The notes under the pieces were generated by a model, which searched no databases, had not been told where the DNA came from, and saw only the letters and a list, made by a program, of their open reading frames with translations. Shown here piece after piece: positions 1 through 8,762 of a stretch of DNA of 64,000 bases (the stretch's first letter is position 1; each line of letters begins with the position of its first letter). The DNA is from an uncultured bacterium (GTDB lineage Bacteria; Hydrogenedentota; CAZGCA01). Both the position numbers and the translations under genes were made by a program. The stretch covers positions 31,038 to 95,037 of the forward strand of contig CAZGCA010000005.1 in assembly GCA_964524145.1 (NCBI GenBank), read 5' to 3'.

Positions 1-1
1 C

Positions 2-424
2 CTGGGCGTCTGCCGGGGCTGCCAGATACTCAACGTTGCGTTCGGCGGAACCCTGCGCAACCTGCGCTTGGAAGAGGAGCTCAAGGAATCCCACTTCACC
101 TTCAAAGGCCACCCGGTCGAGTTGGTCCCGGACAGTACTCTAGCAAAACTGCTGGGCGTCACTCGGTTGGACAACGCCTACAGCTTGCACGGTCAGGCGG
201 CGGACAAGCCCGGCACGGGCGTGACGGTCGTCGCCACGGGTCCCGGCGACGTTGTTGAGGCTATCGAAGTCGATGCCGAGAACGAGGAAAGCTGGATCAT
301 GGCGGTTCAATGGCATCCCGAAATGGCCGTGACCGACGCGGCCCAGAACAAGGTGTTCAACGCGTTCGTCGAACGCGCCCGCAAAGCACGCCAGCAACGA
401 CTCTCCGTCACCACCCGACAGTGA
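2..424 (+). CDS. Class I glutamine amidotransferase-like / peptidase C26 (gamma-glutamyl-GABA hydrolase family), C-terminal part. The N-terminus lies outside the window.
   Basis: Reading frame is open from base 2. It encodes GVCRGCQILNVAFGGTL, the catalytic-Cys motif (GxCxGxQ) of GATase1/C26 enzymes, and a downstream WHPE motif typical of the His/Glu triad region. Confidence 0.6.
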   Translation: MGVCRGCQILNVAFGGTLRNLRLEEELKESHFTFKGHPVELVPDSTLAKLLGVTRLDNAYSLHGQAADKPGTGVTVVATGPGDVVEAIEVDAENEESWIMAVQWHPEMAVTDAAQNKVFNAFVERARKARQQRLSVTTRQ

Positions 425-721
425 TCGACCGGTTCGTTCCATTTGCGATGCACGACGATGTGGATTTATCAAAGACGTCTGGTGCATAATAGTGCGGTGG
501 CGTTCGCTTATCTCATGGGTTGGGCGACGGGTGCCAGCAGCATGGCAGGGATTCGAGATGCGTATTGACGAAATGAATATGCAGAACCGACGAAGCTACA
601 AACCTCGCTCACGACCCGATGGCAAAGAGTGCCCGTGTCTCGATATAGTCTGCTTCCGTGCACGACGAGCGGGTCTGGTTAAAGATGCTGCAACGGGATA
701 CAGTAGCGAGGGAATGGGCTC

Positions 722-1042
722 ATGAACGCAAGAACCCAGTCTATTCTGGCTGAACTGCGCCAGCGTTTCGAGGCGGTTTATGCCCAGCGGTTGGTCCACA
801 TGATGCTCTTCGGTTCCCAAGCCCGCGGAGAGGCTGAGGAGGGATCGGACATTGATGTGCTGGTGGTGCTGAAAGGCCCGGTAGACCCTGGCGAGGAGAT
901 AGCTCGCACGGGTGAGATTGTTGCGGACCTGTGTCTGGCTCACACGGTGGTCATCGCGTGCGTTTTCATGGACGAACAGAGCTTCTTGCGCCGACAGGGG
1001 CCGCTCTTGAGGAACGTCCGCCGTGAGGGTGTTGCCGTATGA
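722..1042 (+). CDS. Nucleotidyltransferase (MNT) domain protein, antitoxin-like partner of a HEPN/MNT pair
   Basis: GSQARGEAEEGSDIDVLVVL is a minimal nucleotidyltransferase GS...DxD motif. It is a 106-aa protein whose stop overlaps the next start by 4 bp (ATGA). Confidence 0.7.
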   Translation: MNARTQSILAELRQRFEAVYAQRLVHMMLFGSQARGEAEEGSDIDVLVVLKGPVDPGEEIARTGEIVADLCLAHTVVIACVFMDEQSFLRRQGPLLRNVRREGVAV

Positions 1043-1440
1043 CTGAAGACCAGCACGATCTTCTCGTAAAGGCACGGGACAGTATAAAGGCTGCCCGAGT
1101 GTTGCTTTCCGAGGGTTTCCCCGGATTCGCCGTGTCCCGAGCCTACTATGCAATGTTCTACATTGCACAAACCTTCCTCGAAGGCGAAGGGCTCTCGTTC
1201 TCAAAGCATTCGGCAGTTATAGCTGCGTTCGGCGAGCACTTTGCTCGGACTGGTCGCGTGCCCGCCCAGTTTCATCGCTTCCTGCTCGAAGCTATGGAGT
1301 TGCGACATGAGAGCGACTATGCACCACGGCGGACCATTAGCGATTCGCAGGCAATCGAGCAGATCGACCGCGCAGAAAGCTTCCTCGAACTTGGCAATAG
1401 CCTGATCGGTCCTGCATCCGACAGTCTGACCGACCATTAA
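1039..1440 (+). CDS. HEPN domain protein (toxin-like partner)
   Basis: AYYAMFYIAQTFL...SKHSAVIAAFGEHF...ELRHESDY is the HEPN R-x4-6-H/DY signature. It is translationally coupled to the upstream MNT gene. Confidence 0.7.
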   Translation: MTEDQHDLLVKARDSIKAARVLLSEGFPGFAVSRAYYAMFYIAQTFLEGEGLSFSKHSAVIAAFGEHFARTGRVPAQFHRFLLEAMELRHESDYAPRRTISDSQAIEQIDRAESFLELGNSLIGPASDSLTDH

Positions 1441-1558
1441 ACCCCGTCAATTCGGAGACGAGTGTCCCAATCTGGTAAGCAGACAACTCTCCATCACAAC
1501 TCGACACTGATCGACCGGTCGAGAATGAGATGCTCGCAACCACGAACGCCGTGAGAGG

Positions 1559-3529
1559 CTATTCGTCGACCTCTATGACGTCAAGCGGGACCGTGCCCTC
1601 TTTGACCTGCAGCACGACTGCATGGCGTCCGCGTTTCAGGTTACGTCGAGAGAAGACCGGAGTTGATGGTTCGGGTTGTGGTGAACCGAACTCCACGGTT
1701 GCTGTTTTGAGCTCGTCTACAAAGACGTCGGCCGCGCCGTACTCCGGTCGCTTCGGTGCCCATAGCGAGAAGCCCGAACCGTCGAAATTCCACTTGCCCC
1801 GCGCGTTCGGTTGCTCCGATACGGCGCCGATACCGTATCGAAATCCCGGGTCTTCAACTGCACGCCACGTCCCGCCGGCCTCACCGGCCCCAAGTATCGC
1901 TTCCGTATGAAGGTAGCGCCACCTGCCTTTTCCGCGAGTCCCGTCCACAACAAAGCGTTTCATGGTGAGATGGCTGTCTTTCCCCACCAGAATGCCTATG
2001 CCCTCTTCGACCGATTCGATAGCGCCTCTCCAGACAGTGTCGCCGTTCAGAGACAACGCCGTCTCGCCGTTGGCCTTCCGAGAAATCGCCACCCTGCATG
2101 TCCGGTTCAAGTGAAGAGGACCGGAAGCTGAGACAGCGCGTGCACCGGAGTCGTCAATTCGGGCAACACGCCATTCTGGGTCGGCCAGTTCGAGCGCACA
2201 ATATCGCGTGAGCGACAGCGGATGAAGCGTCGAGTTTGAAGTTGGCTGGTTCGGTCCCAGCGGCGCATGGTATGCCCACAGAAGCGATGCCTGGCCTCGC
2301 AGGTCCAGCTCGGCCTCAAGATTGAACGCCGAGTACACCCCTTTGAGAAGTGTCAGACTCTGTCCCTGGTGCCCGCTCAGTGTGAACCCGCGCCGGCGGG
2401 TTGGCTTGTCCCACGAACGCGATGCCAGATTGATCGTTCCGAAACCATCCTTGTCGCGCGACGGGAACATCACACGGAGCATATTGTCTGCGCCGACGAA
2501 TCCCGAAATGGTCTGGCCCCAGATGCCGTAATGTTCGTGCTCGACAGGTTCCGCGTGCCAGAATGAGCCGTACTGGAACAGTTCCCACGCTTTCGGGTTC
2601 ATCGCCTCCTCGGTCCTCACGCGGAACACAGCCTGGAAGTTGCGGTTCAGTGCGACGGAAGTGGCAGGCGCGTAGATCCAGTCCCCGTGTTTGAACGCCG
2701 GGTAGAATTCCAGCAACGGCGGATGGAAGTACATCCCCTCCACGCAGCGCAGGAACGTGGGCTCCGAATACGGACCTTCCGGTTTGCCGGACGCCATCCC
2801 GACCAGCGCCCAGCCGTGGTGAGCGCCCGAATCCATCATGGCCAGCACCAGCCAGTCTCGTTCGCGCCGGATCAACGTCGCTGCATAGGCCCGGCGGTAC
2901 TTGTCCCGATAGAACGGGTGCTCGCTTATCCGATAAATCGGCTCGGCCGTGCGGACAAACGGACCTTCCGGACGATCCGACCACGCGTAGGCTATACCGT
3001 TGTCTGCTCCGTTCGCCGGGTTCACGATCGTTTTCCAGTCGGAGTTCGCGGAAGCCCAGTCGTAAACCAGATGATACCGCCCGTCCGCGTAAACGACCGA
3101 TACGTCCGGCGCATGACCGACAGCGACCTCGTCGCCGTCGAATCGGAACGGTTCGTCGGGAAAGATCGGGCCGAGGTGCTGCCAGGACCTGCCTCGGTCC
3201 CGCGAGCGGTACGCGGTGCAGTCCATACGTTTGCCCTTGCCCATCGCGTACCCTTCCGCGTACAGACCGACATAGACGTACCAGTTGCCGCTGCAGGGGT
3301 CCTCGAACAGGAACCCGTTTACGGGCCATTCAAACGGTGGCGCACCGCGATGGATGGGGTTGCCCGGTGCCCGCTCGAACGCGTCGAACGACGGGTCCCC
3401 GTATACAGGATGCCGAAGCCAGCTATCCACCTGTGCCGCGGCCGCGAAATCAATTGCATCCACTTGACCCGCAGCTCCTGCAATACCGACGACCACAATC
3501 AGGGATATGTACCATCTCATCGCCACCAC
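1559..3529 (-). CDS. Secreted glycoside-hydrolase-like beta-propeller protein (GH43/GH32/GH117 clan suspected) with a C-terminal beta-sandwich
   Basis: N-terminal signal peptide (MRWYISLIVVVGIAGAAG). FEDPCSGNWYVYVGLY and WSDRPEGPF blades resemble the first and later blades of 5-bladed propeller glycosidases. Family assignment is unverified. Confidence 0.4.
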   Translation of the reverse strand: MVAMRWYISLIVVVGIAGAAGQVDAIDFAAAAQVDSWLRHPVYGDPSFDAFERAPGNPIHRGAPPFEWPVNGFLFEDPCSGNWYVYVGLYAEGYAMGKGKRMDCTAYRSRDRGRSWQHLGPIFPDEPFRFDGDEVAVGHAPDVSVVYADGRYHLVYDWASANSDWKTIVNPANGADNGIAYAWSDRPEGPFVRTAEPIYRISEHPFYRDKYRRAYAATLIRRERDWLVLAMMDSGAHHGWALVGMASGKPEGPYSEPTFLRCVEGMYFHPPLLEFYPAFKHGDWIYAPATSVALNRNFQAVFRVRTEEAMNPKAWELFQYGSFWHAEPVEHEHYGIWGQTISGFVGADNMLRVMFPSRDKDGFGTINLASRSWDKPTRRRGFTLSGHQGQSLTLLKGVYSAFNLEAELDLRGQASLLWAYHAPLGPNQPTSNSTLHPLSLTRYCALELADPEWRVARIDDSGARAVSASGPLHLNRTCRVAISRKANGETALSLNGDTVWRGAIESVEEGIGILVGKDSHLTMKRFVVDGTRGKGRWRYLHTEAILGAGEAGGTWRAVEDPGFRYGIGAVSEQPNARGKWNFDGSGFSLWAPKRPEYGAADVFVDELKTATVEFGSPQPEPSTPVFSRRNLKRGRHAVVLQVKEGTVPLDVIEVDE

Positions 3530-3733
3530 CGCCTGGCTCGCGACTCAATTCCAAGCTTGTTCTCTGTGCACAACGCAGTATACCACAGGATGAGACGTCC
3601 TCAAACAGATCACATTCCTTACGCGCGCAGGTACTCAGCTTGACGCCTCAGATATCCGGCTGAAAAGGACCCTCTAACCGAGACGTGGTATAATCATACG
3701 GTACTCTGCAACAACCGTCGGAAGTGCTGATGT

Positions 3734-5050
3734 GTGGGGCGAGATTCTCGACAGATGAGAAGACGCGGACGATGGATCCTGCTGGGGGCGATCGGCGTGG
3801 TGGCGTGCCTGGTTGTTGCCCACAACATCCTCGACTCGATAACCGAGCGGCGACGGGATGAATCCGTCGCGCGCCTGCAAGAGAAACTGGCGGCCCTTAT
3901 CCCGGAGTTGCAACCCGGCGGTGACGAGAACCACCCGCTGGGCATGCGTGCCCAAGCTGAGCAAGCCGCGTCGACATCTGGAGACAGAGCCGCGTATCCA
4001 CGAGGCGTTGCAGTGAGCTGGGAACATCTCTTCTCGCTGCTGGACGAAAGACTCTGCCTCAAGCCTAACCAGGGAATCGACGAGGTGTTCCTGATGGCGA
4101 ACCAGGATCTCATTCACGAAATCTGGGAACTGGCAGAACTTGGGGTCCCGCCCGTTGCAGGCGAGGCGTTAGAGGACCCGGTTGAGGAGATGTGCTCGTT
4201 TCCTGATGAGCAGGATTTGAAGTACTGCATGAGACTGCTCCGAGAAGATGCGTTTATGAAGGCTGCACAGCAGGACTATCCCGATACGGTCCGAGACATC
4301 ATCGCCTGGATGAAGCTGGGCGATACGCTCGACTATCCATTGACATACAGTCTGCAACTGCAGGTGATCATGGAGGAAGTCCTGCCTGATGCGTTTGAAG
4401 ACGGGAACACGCCGCCGGACATTACGCACGCACTTCTGACACAACTGGCCGCCAGCCGCAACCGAGAGATGTTCAAAAAGGTTTTCGTGACACAGACGAT
4501 GGATATCGGCGAGGAGATGTCCTCCATCTTCCATCCCCCTCTGGAATCGGACCCGGGGAACTGGGTCTTGGCAGCGCTGTTCCGCCCGTGGTGCAACATG
4601 AATGAACAGACCTACGCCGAGAAAGCGGACCAGTTGGCGGATTTGGTGGATCTTCCCTACTATCAGGCGGAACCAAAGCTGACGGAGATCCGCGCGGACT
4701 TGGACAGCGTTCCCCGGTCCCGCTTCGTATCCGCCGCCTTCCTTTCTTACGTGTGTAACCTTTTCGAATCTGAAGCGGACCATGAAGCCCGGCTCGATCT
4801 CGCGCGGATGGCCGTCGTTCTCGAACAACACCGCGCCCGGCACGGACAGTATCCGGACGCGCTCGATGCCGTCGCGCCGGATTTGGGCGGGGCCCTTCCT
4901 GTCGATCCGTTTACCGGCGAACCGTACCACTACGAACCTTCGGGCGACAGCTTCCAGCTATACAGCGTCGGCTCGAACCGTGTCGATGACGGCGGCAGGC
5001 AGGCGACAAGGGACGGCGACATCGCCTGGCGCGGCCGGGACGAAGAGTGA
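3734..5050 (+). CDS. Membrane-anchored hypothetical protein with one N-terminal TM and a C-terminus resembling the pseudopilin GspG tail
   Basis: TM segment WILLGAIGVVACLVVAHNIL. The C-terminal DPFTGEPYHYEPSGDSFQLYSVGSNRVDDGG resembles the GspG/type IV pilin C-terminal DPWGxPY...G.DG motif. There is no prepilin leader. Confidence 0.35.
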   Translation: MGRDSRQMRRRGRWILLGAIGVVACLVVAHNILDSITERRRDESVARLQEKLAALIPELQPGGDENHPLGMRAQAEQAASTSGDRAAYPRGVAVSWEHLFSLLDERLCLKPNQGIDEVFLMANQDLIHEIWELAELGVPPVAGEALEDPVEEMCSFPDEQDLKYCMRLLREDAFMKAAQQDYPDTVRDIIAWMKLGDTLDYPLTYSLQLQVIMEEVLPDAFEDGNTPPDITHALLTQLAASRNREMFKKVFVTQTMDIGEEMSSIFHPPLESDPGNWVLAALFRPWCNMNEQTYAEKADQLADLVDLPYYQAEPKLTEIRADLDSVPRSRFVSAAFLSYVCNLFESEADHEARLDLARMAVVLEQHRARHGQYPDALDAVAPDLGGALPVDPFTGEPYHYEPSGDSFQLYSVGSNRVDDGGRQATRDGDIAWRGRDEE

Positions 5051-5140
5051 GCACGGACTTCAATCGTGGAGCCGGTATCCTGTAGGGCGGGAAATGGGTC
5101 TTTATTGTAGAACCCGTTCTGATTCGAGGCGCGAGTTGAA

Positions 5141-6418
5141 ATGGAAGAGCTCAAATCGTTGGTCGAGAGGTCTCGTTCCAGCGACGTGGAAGCGTTCGGA
5201 CAGATCGTGCGGCGATTCCAAGACATGGCCTGCGGGTATGCCTTCTCGATCCTCGGCGATTTCCACCTGGCTGAGGACGCGGCGCAGGAAGCCTTTATCG
5301 AGGCGTATCGCCAGTTGCCGAAGCTGCGCGACCCGGATGCGTTTCCCGGCTGGTTCCGCAGGGTAGTGTTCAAACACTGCGACCGTATCAGGAGACGCCG
5401 GCGCGTGGGTACCGTCTCTCTGGAGGCGGCGTCCGACGTCGCAGCGGAAGGCGCGGGACCCGTTGAGGCTGCCGAACAGCGCGAGCTGCGAGACACTGTG
5501 CTCGGAGCGATCCGGGCCTTGCCGGAGCATCAACGAACGGCGACCGCGCTCTTCTACATCAACGGGTACTCGCAGCAGGAGATCGCCGAGTTTCTGGATG
5601 TTCCGGCAACGACGGTAAAGAAACGCCTCTACGATTCACGGCGGAGGCTGAAAGAAAGGATGCTCACGATGGTTGACGAAACGCTGAAAGCCCACGCACC
5701 GACCGACGAGTTTCCCGAGCGGATCCTGCGATTGCTTCGCGCACCCAAACCGCTCGAGATTCAGGGGCACCCCGTGCGTGAGGTATGGGAGGACGTACGT
5801 GCAGCGTTCGAAGGATGGCAGATTGTCGAGGGTACGGAGATAGAGTCGGCATCAGCTTTCCGCCGATATCTGCGCCTCTCTCCAGGCAAAGAAACGAGCT
5901 ACCAACTCATCGAGTTTGGTGACCGAGTCCTTAGGGCAACAACCACGAGTACTATCATCCAGGCGATGAGTTCTCGCACACCCCCGTTCAAGGTACTTTG
6001 CGCGGGACGGGTGTTCCGGGACGACGGGCCCAATCCAAAACACTACCCCATCTTCCATCAAGTCTCTGGAGCGCATGTCGGGCTGGGACTCGACGAGGAG
6101 AAGGAGGTAGAAGAGCTTCGCCTGACTCTCGAGCAACTCGCCGGCAGCGGTCGCGTGGCGGCAACAGAACACGAATATCCCTTCGTAAGAAGTCGAGGAT
6201 GGGAGTTGTACATCGAACAGGGGGACAGACGCCAGAACGTGGCCGGCGCGGGACTGCTCCTGCCAGAGATCGTCCAAGAAGCTGGATTGAGCCCGAAGCG
6301 GGTACAAGCCTTCGCGTTTGGCTTTGGCTTAGAGGCACTAGCGATCTGGCGCATGCAGATCGACGACATCCGCAAGCTCTGGCGGCCACCCTACGTGCCC
6401 AAAGAGTCGGACGCATGA
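5141..6418 (+). CDS. ECF (sigma-70 family) sigma factor fused to a C-terminal PheS-like class II aminoacyl-tRNA synthetase catalytic-core domain
   Basis: Residues ~1-95 match sigma-70 region 2 (ECF pattern FGQIVRRFQDMACGYAFSILGDFHLAEDAAQEAF). Residues ~130-180 match region 4 (QRTATALFYINGYSQQEIAEFLDVPATTVKKRLYDSRRRLKE). Residues ~200-425 align with the PheS core: LRATTTSTII ~ LRTHTSPVQI; PPFKVLCAGRVFRDDGPNPKHYPIFHQVSG ~ PPIRIIAPGRVYRNDxDATHSPMFHQVEG (motif 2); AFAFGFGLEALAIWRMQIDDIRKLW ~ [25 protein letters not shown] (motif 3, but with Arg replaced by Ala). Confidence 0.6.
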   Translation: MEELKSLVERSRSSDVEAFGQIVRRFQDMACGYAFSILGDFHLAEDAAQEAFIEAYRQLPKLRDPDAFPGWFRRVVFKHCDRIRRRRRVGTVSLEAASDVAAEGAGPVEAAEQRELRDTVLGAIRALPEHQRTATALFYINGYSQQEIAEFLDVPATTVKKRLYDSRRRLKERMLTMVDETLKAHAPTDEFPERILRLLRAPKPLEIQGHPVREVWEDVRAAFEGWQIVEGTEIESASAFRRYLRLSPGKETSYQLIEFGDRVLRATTTSTIIQAMSSRTPPFKVLCAGRVFRDDGPNPKHYPIFHQVSGAHVGLGLDEEKEVEELRLTLEQLAGSGRVAATEHEYPFVRSRGWELYIEQGDRRQNVAGAGLLLPEIVQEAGLSPKRVQAFAFGFGLEALAIWRMQIDDIRKLWRPPYVPKESDA

Positions 6419-6635
6419 GAGAACAGGTCGGGGGGGAGTGTGCTGCTCTCCTCCGGCACCTGACCGACGTTGGGTAGCGCTTCAATCCACACCGTTCGCT
6501 GAACCATCCTGTCCGGCATCTGCATTCTGCCATCCCCCCACTCCTCGACAGTCCCTCCATGCACAAACCGGGGAATCTTGTGTCCGGGGAAGCGGGTGCG
6601 GTACACTTTGTTGTAATGATGGCGGTAGGAGACGT

Positions 6636-8000
6636 ATGAAACGTAGAGCCAGCCTTACAGAAGGGCCTGTCGGCCGGAGGTTGTTGTTTCTGACCGTTCC
6701 GATGGTGATGGGCCTGTTCGCCATCGTGGCGTTCAATCTTGCCGATACCTACTTCGTGGCCCAGCTGGGAACAAGTGAGTTGGCGGCCATGAGCTTCACG
6801 TTCCCTGTAGTGATGTTCGTTCAGTCGGTCGCTCTTGGCCTCGGGATAGGCACGGCATCGGTGATCTCCCGGGCGATAGGAAAGGGAGACCATCGGACGG
6901 TTCAAAGATTGACCACCCATTGTCTTCTGCTGGCGTTGTCGCTTGTGTTCGTGCTTGTCGCCGCAGGGCTGCTCACCATAAAGCCGGTGTTTACTCTATT
7001 GGGGGCAACACCGGATATCCTGCCGCTGATCAGGCAGTACATGACCGTCTGGTACGTGGGGATGGTGTTCGTGACGGTGCCCATGGTCGGGAACAACGCC
7101 ATCAGGGCGGCCGGCGACACGTTGTACCCCGGTCTTATCATGATGGCGGCGGCTGGGATCAACGTCATACTGGACCCGCTGCTCATTTTCGGCCTCGCCG
7201 GTTTCCCAAGACTCGAGCTCGCTGGCGCGGCGCTGGCCACGGTTATCGGCCGGGCCATCACGCTCGTGCTCTCGTTAAGCATTCTTCACTTCCGGGAGCA
7301 GATGCTCGAGTTCTCGCTGCCTCGCTTGCGCACTCTGTGGGATTCCTGGAAGCGAATTCTGTATATCGGTATCCCGGCAGCGGCGACAACCATCATGATC
7401 CCGTTGTCCATGGCAGTAATCGTGCGCATGGTAGCCCAGTTTGGCACGGCTGCCGTCGCGGCGGTGGGCGCGGGAACTCGCGTCGAGGCGTTTGCCATGT
7501 TGGTGGTGAGGGCGTTTGGGGCAGCTTTGATACCCTTTATCGGTCAAAACTGGGGCGCGCAACGGTACGAACGGGTGCATCAGGCTCAGAAACTCGGCAA
7601 CCGGTTCTCGTTCTGCTGGGGAGTCCTGTGCGTCGTGGTGTTCCTTATTGCTGCCGCTCCCGCCGCGCGTCTGTTCAGTAAGGAGCAGGACGTGATGGAC
7701 GGGATTATCAGCTTCCTGTGGATCGTGCCGCTCGGGTACGGGCTTCAGGGGATCTGTTTGCTCACAAGCGCCTCATTCAACGCGATGAACAAACCTCTGA
7801 ATGCCGCGGCGCTCGGCCTGATTCGGGTGTTTGCGCTCTACATCCCCCTGGCGTACTTCAGCGCCCAGCTGTTCGGGTTGAAGGGGCTCTTCGGCGGAAT
7901 AGCATCGGCAAACATCATCGCCGGGATTATCGCCCTGCTCTGGGTTCGACACGCACGCGAAACAGAGGAAACCCTTCGTTCTGCGGAAGCAAACGGGTGA
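6636..8000 (+). CDS. MATE family multidrug/oligosaccharidyl-lipid efflux transporter
   Basis: 12-TM protein beginning MKRRASLTEGPVGRRLLFLTVPMVMG, the typical MATE N-terminus. It has the two-repeat MATE architecture. The ORF-track start at 6438 is probably an upstream artefact. Confidence 0.8.
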   Translation: MKRRASLTEGPVGRRLLFLTVPMVMGLFAIVAFNLADTYFVAQLGTSELAAMSFTFPVVMFVQSVALGLGIGTASVISRAIGKGDHRTVQRLTTHCLLLALSLVFVLVAAGLLTIKPVFTLLGATPDILPLIRQYMTVWYVGMVFVTVPMVGNNAIRAAGDTLYPGLIMMAAAGINVILDPLLIFGLAGFPRLELAGAALATVIGRAITLVLSLSILHFREQMLEFSLPRLRTLWDSWKRILYIGIPAAATTIMIPLSMAVIVRMVAQFGTAAVAAVGAGTRVEAFAMLVVRAFGAALIPFIGQNWGAQRYERVHQAQKLGNRFSFCWGVLCVVVFLIAAAPAARLFSKEQDVMDGIISFLWIVPLGYGLQGICLLTSASFNAMNKPLNAAALGLIRVFALYIPLAYFSAQLFGLKGLFGGIASANIIAGIIALLWVRHARETEETLRSAEANG

Positions 8001-8102
8001 AACGTCCCGGTTTTTTCCTTGGTGACACCACGTCATCTTCTCGAATTGTCTTCCTGCCAAAGGTAATGTCAAGCGGGCCGACATTGATTTGGGCCCGCGG
8101 TT

Positions 8103-8762
8103 ATGCTACCATTTAGTGCGAAAACTTCGTGCAGCACCCGGCATTTTGGCACTAGTACGGACGACGACCGACAGAGCGTGGAAGCGAAGGCTACGAGCGA
8201 GAAGGGGAGCAAAGCTCCAGACAACAAGACCGGACGACCGAGCGTGCTCAACCGCGAATCGGTAGTGTTCGTGGTGGTGTTTCTGGTGACGGTTGTTGCC
8301 GTATTTGTCCTTTACGAGTACATAAAGGACACCAAGCCGATGGCGCGCTACGTGGAGCTGATCTCGGGGCACGTGGGTACGGTTCTGCGTCTGAGCGGCA
8401 GAGACACGGTTGTCCGCGGCGATCGCGTCACGATCAAGCTGGACAAGAGTGATGCGAGCAAAAGGGCCCGGAGGTGGACGATGCAGGTTATCCCCGACTG
8501 CGGCGCTATTCCGTCGATGGCCATCTTTTGCGCCGCCGTGCTTGCGTTCCCTACCGGGCTGAGACGCAAGCTGCTCGGGGTGCTTATCGGGGTACCGTTG
8601 TTGTATGTCGTCAACGTCGGCCGACTTGTGTGCCTGGGCCTGGTCGGTCTGTATTATCGGAGCGGATTCCATTTTGCCCACGTCTACGTGTGGCAGTCGA
8701 TCTTCATCGTGTTTGTGGTCGTGATATGGATGGTGTGGGTCGATAAGGTAGCGAAAGTGTGA
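8103..8762 (+). CDS. Exosortase/archaeosortase-family protein (compact; true start uncertain, possibly near 8342)
   Basis: ISGHVGTVLRLSGRDTVVRGDRVTI ... VIPDCGAIPSMAIF resembles the exosortase G...Gn.i.l...V.eaCSG active-site Cys region. The downstream VVNVGRLV matches the conserved N-x-x-R motif. It is polytopic and hydrophobic. Confidence 0.5.
   Translation: MLPFSAKTSCSTRHFGTSTDDDRQSVEAKATSEKGSKAPDNKTGRPSVLNRESVVFVVVFLVTVVAVFVLYEYIKDTKPMARYVELISGHVGTVLRLSGRDTVVRGDRVTIKLDKSDASKRARRWTMQVIPDCGAIPSMAIFCAAVLAFPTGLRRKLLGVLIGVPLLYVVNVGRLVCLGLVGLYYRSGFHFAHVYVWQSIFIVFVVVIWMVWVDKVAKV

Noticed and set aside
596-1204. 202-aa minus-strand ORF spanning the MNT gene
   Set aside because: It is antisense to a well-supported nucleotidyltransferase/HEPN pair and has no motifs.
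2316-3643. ORFs 2316..3329 (minus) and 2687..3643 (plus) overlapping the secreted glycosidase-like gene
   Set aside because: These are alternative-frame and antisense artefacts. They are Arg-rich with no motifs, and the 656-aa frame with a signal peptide and propeller blades is the real gene.
6438-6635. Upstream extension of the MATE ORF (MCCSPPAPDRR...)
   Set aside because: The Cys/Pro/Arg-rich, non-membrane extension is implausible. The conserved MATE N-terminus starts at MKRRASL (6636).
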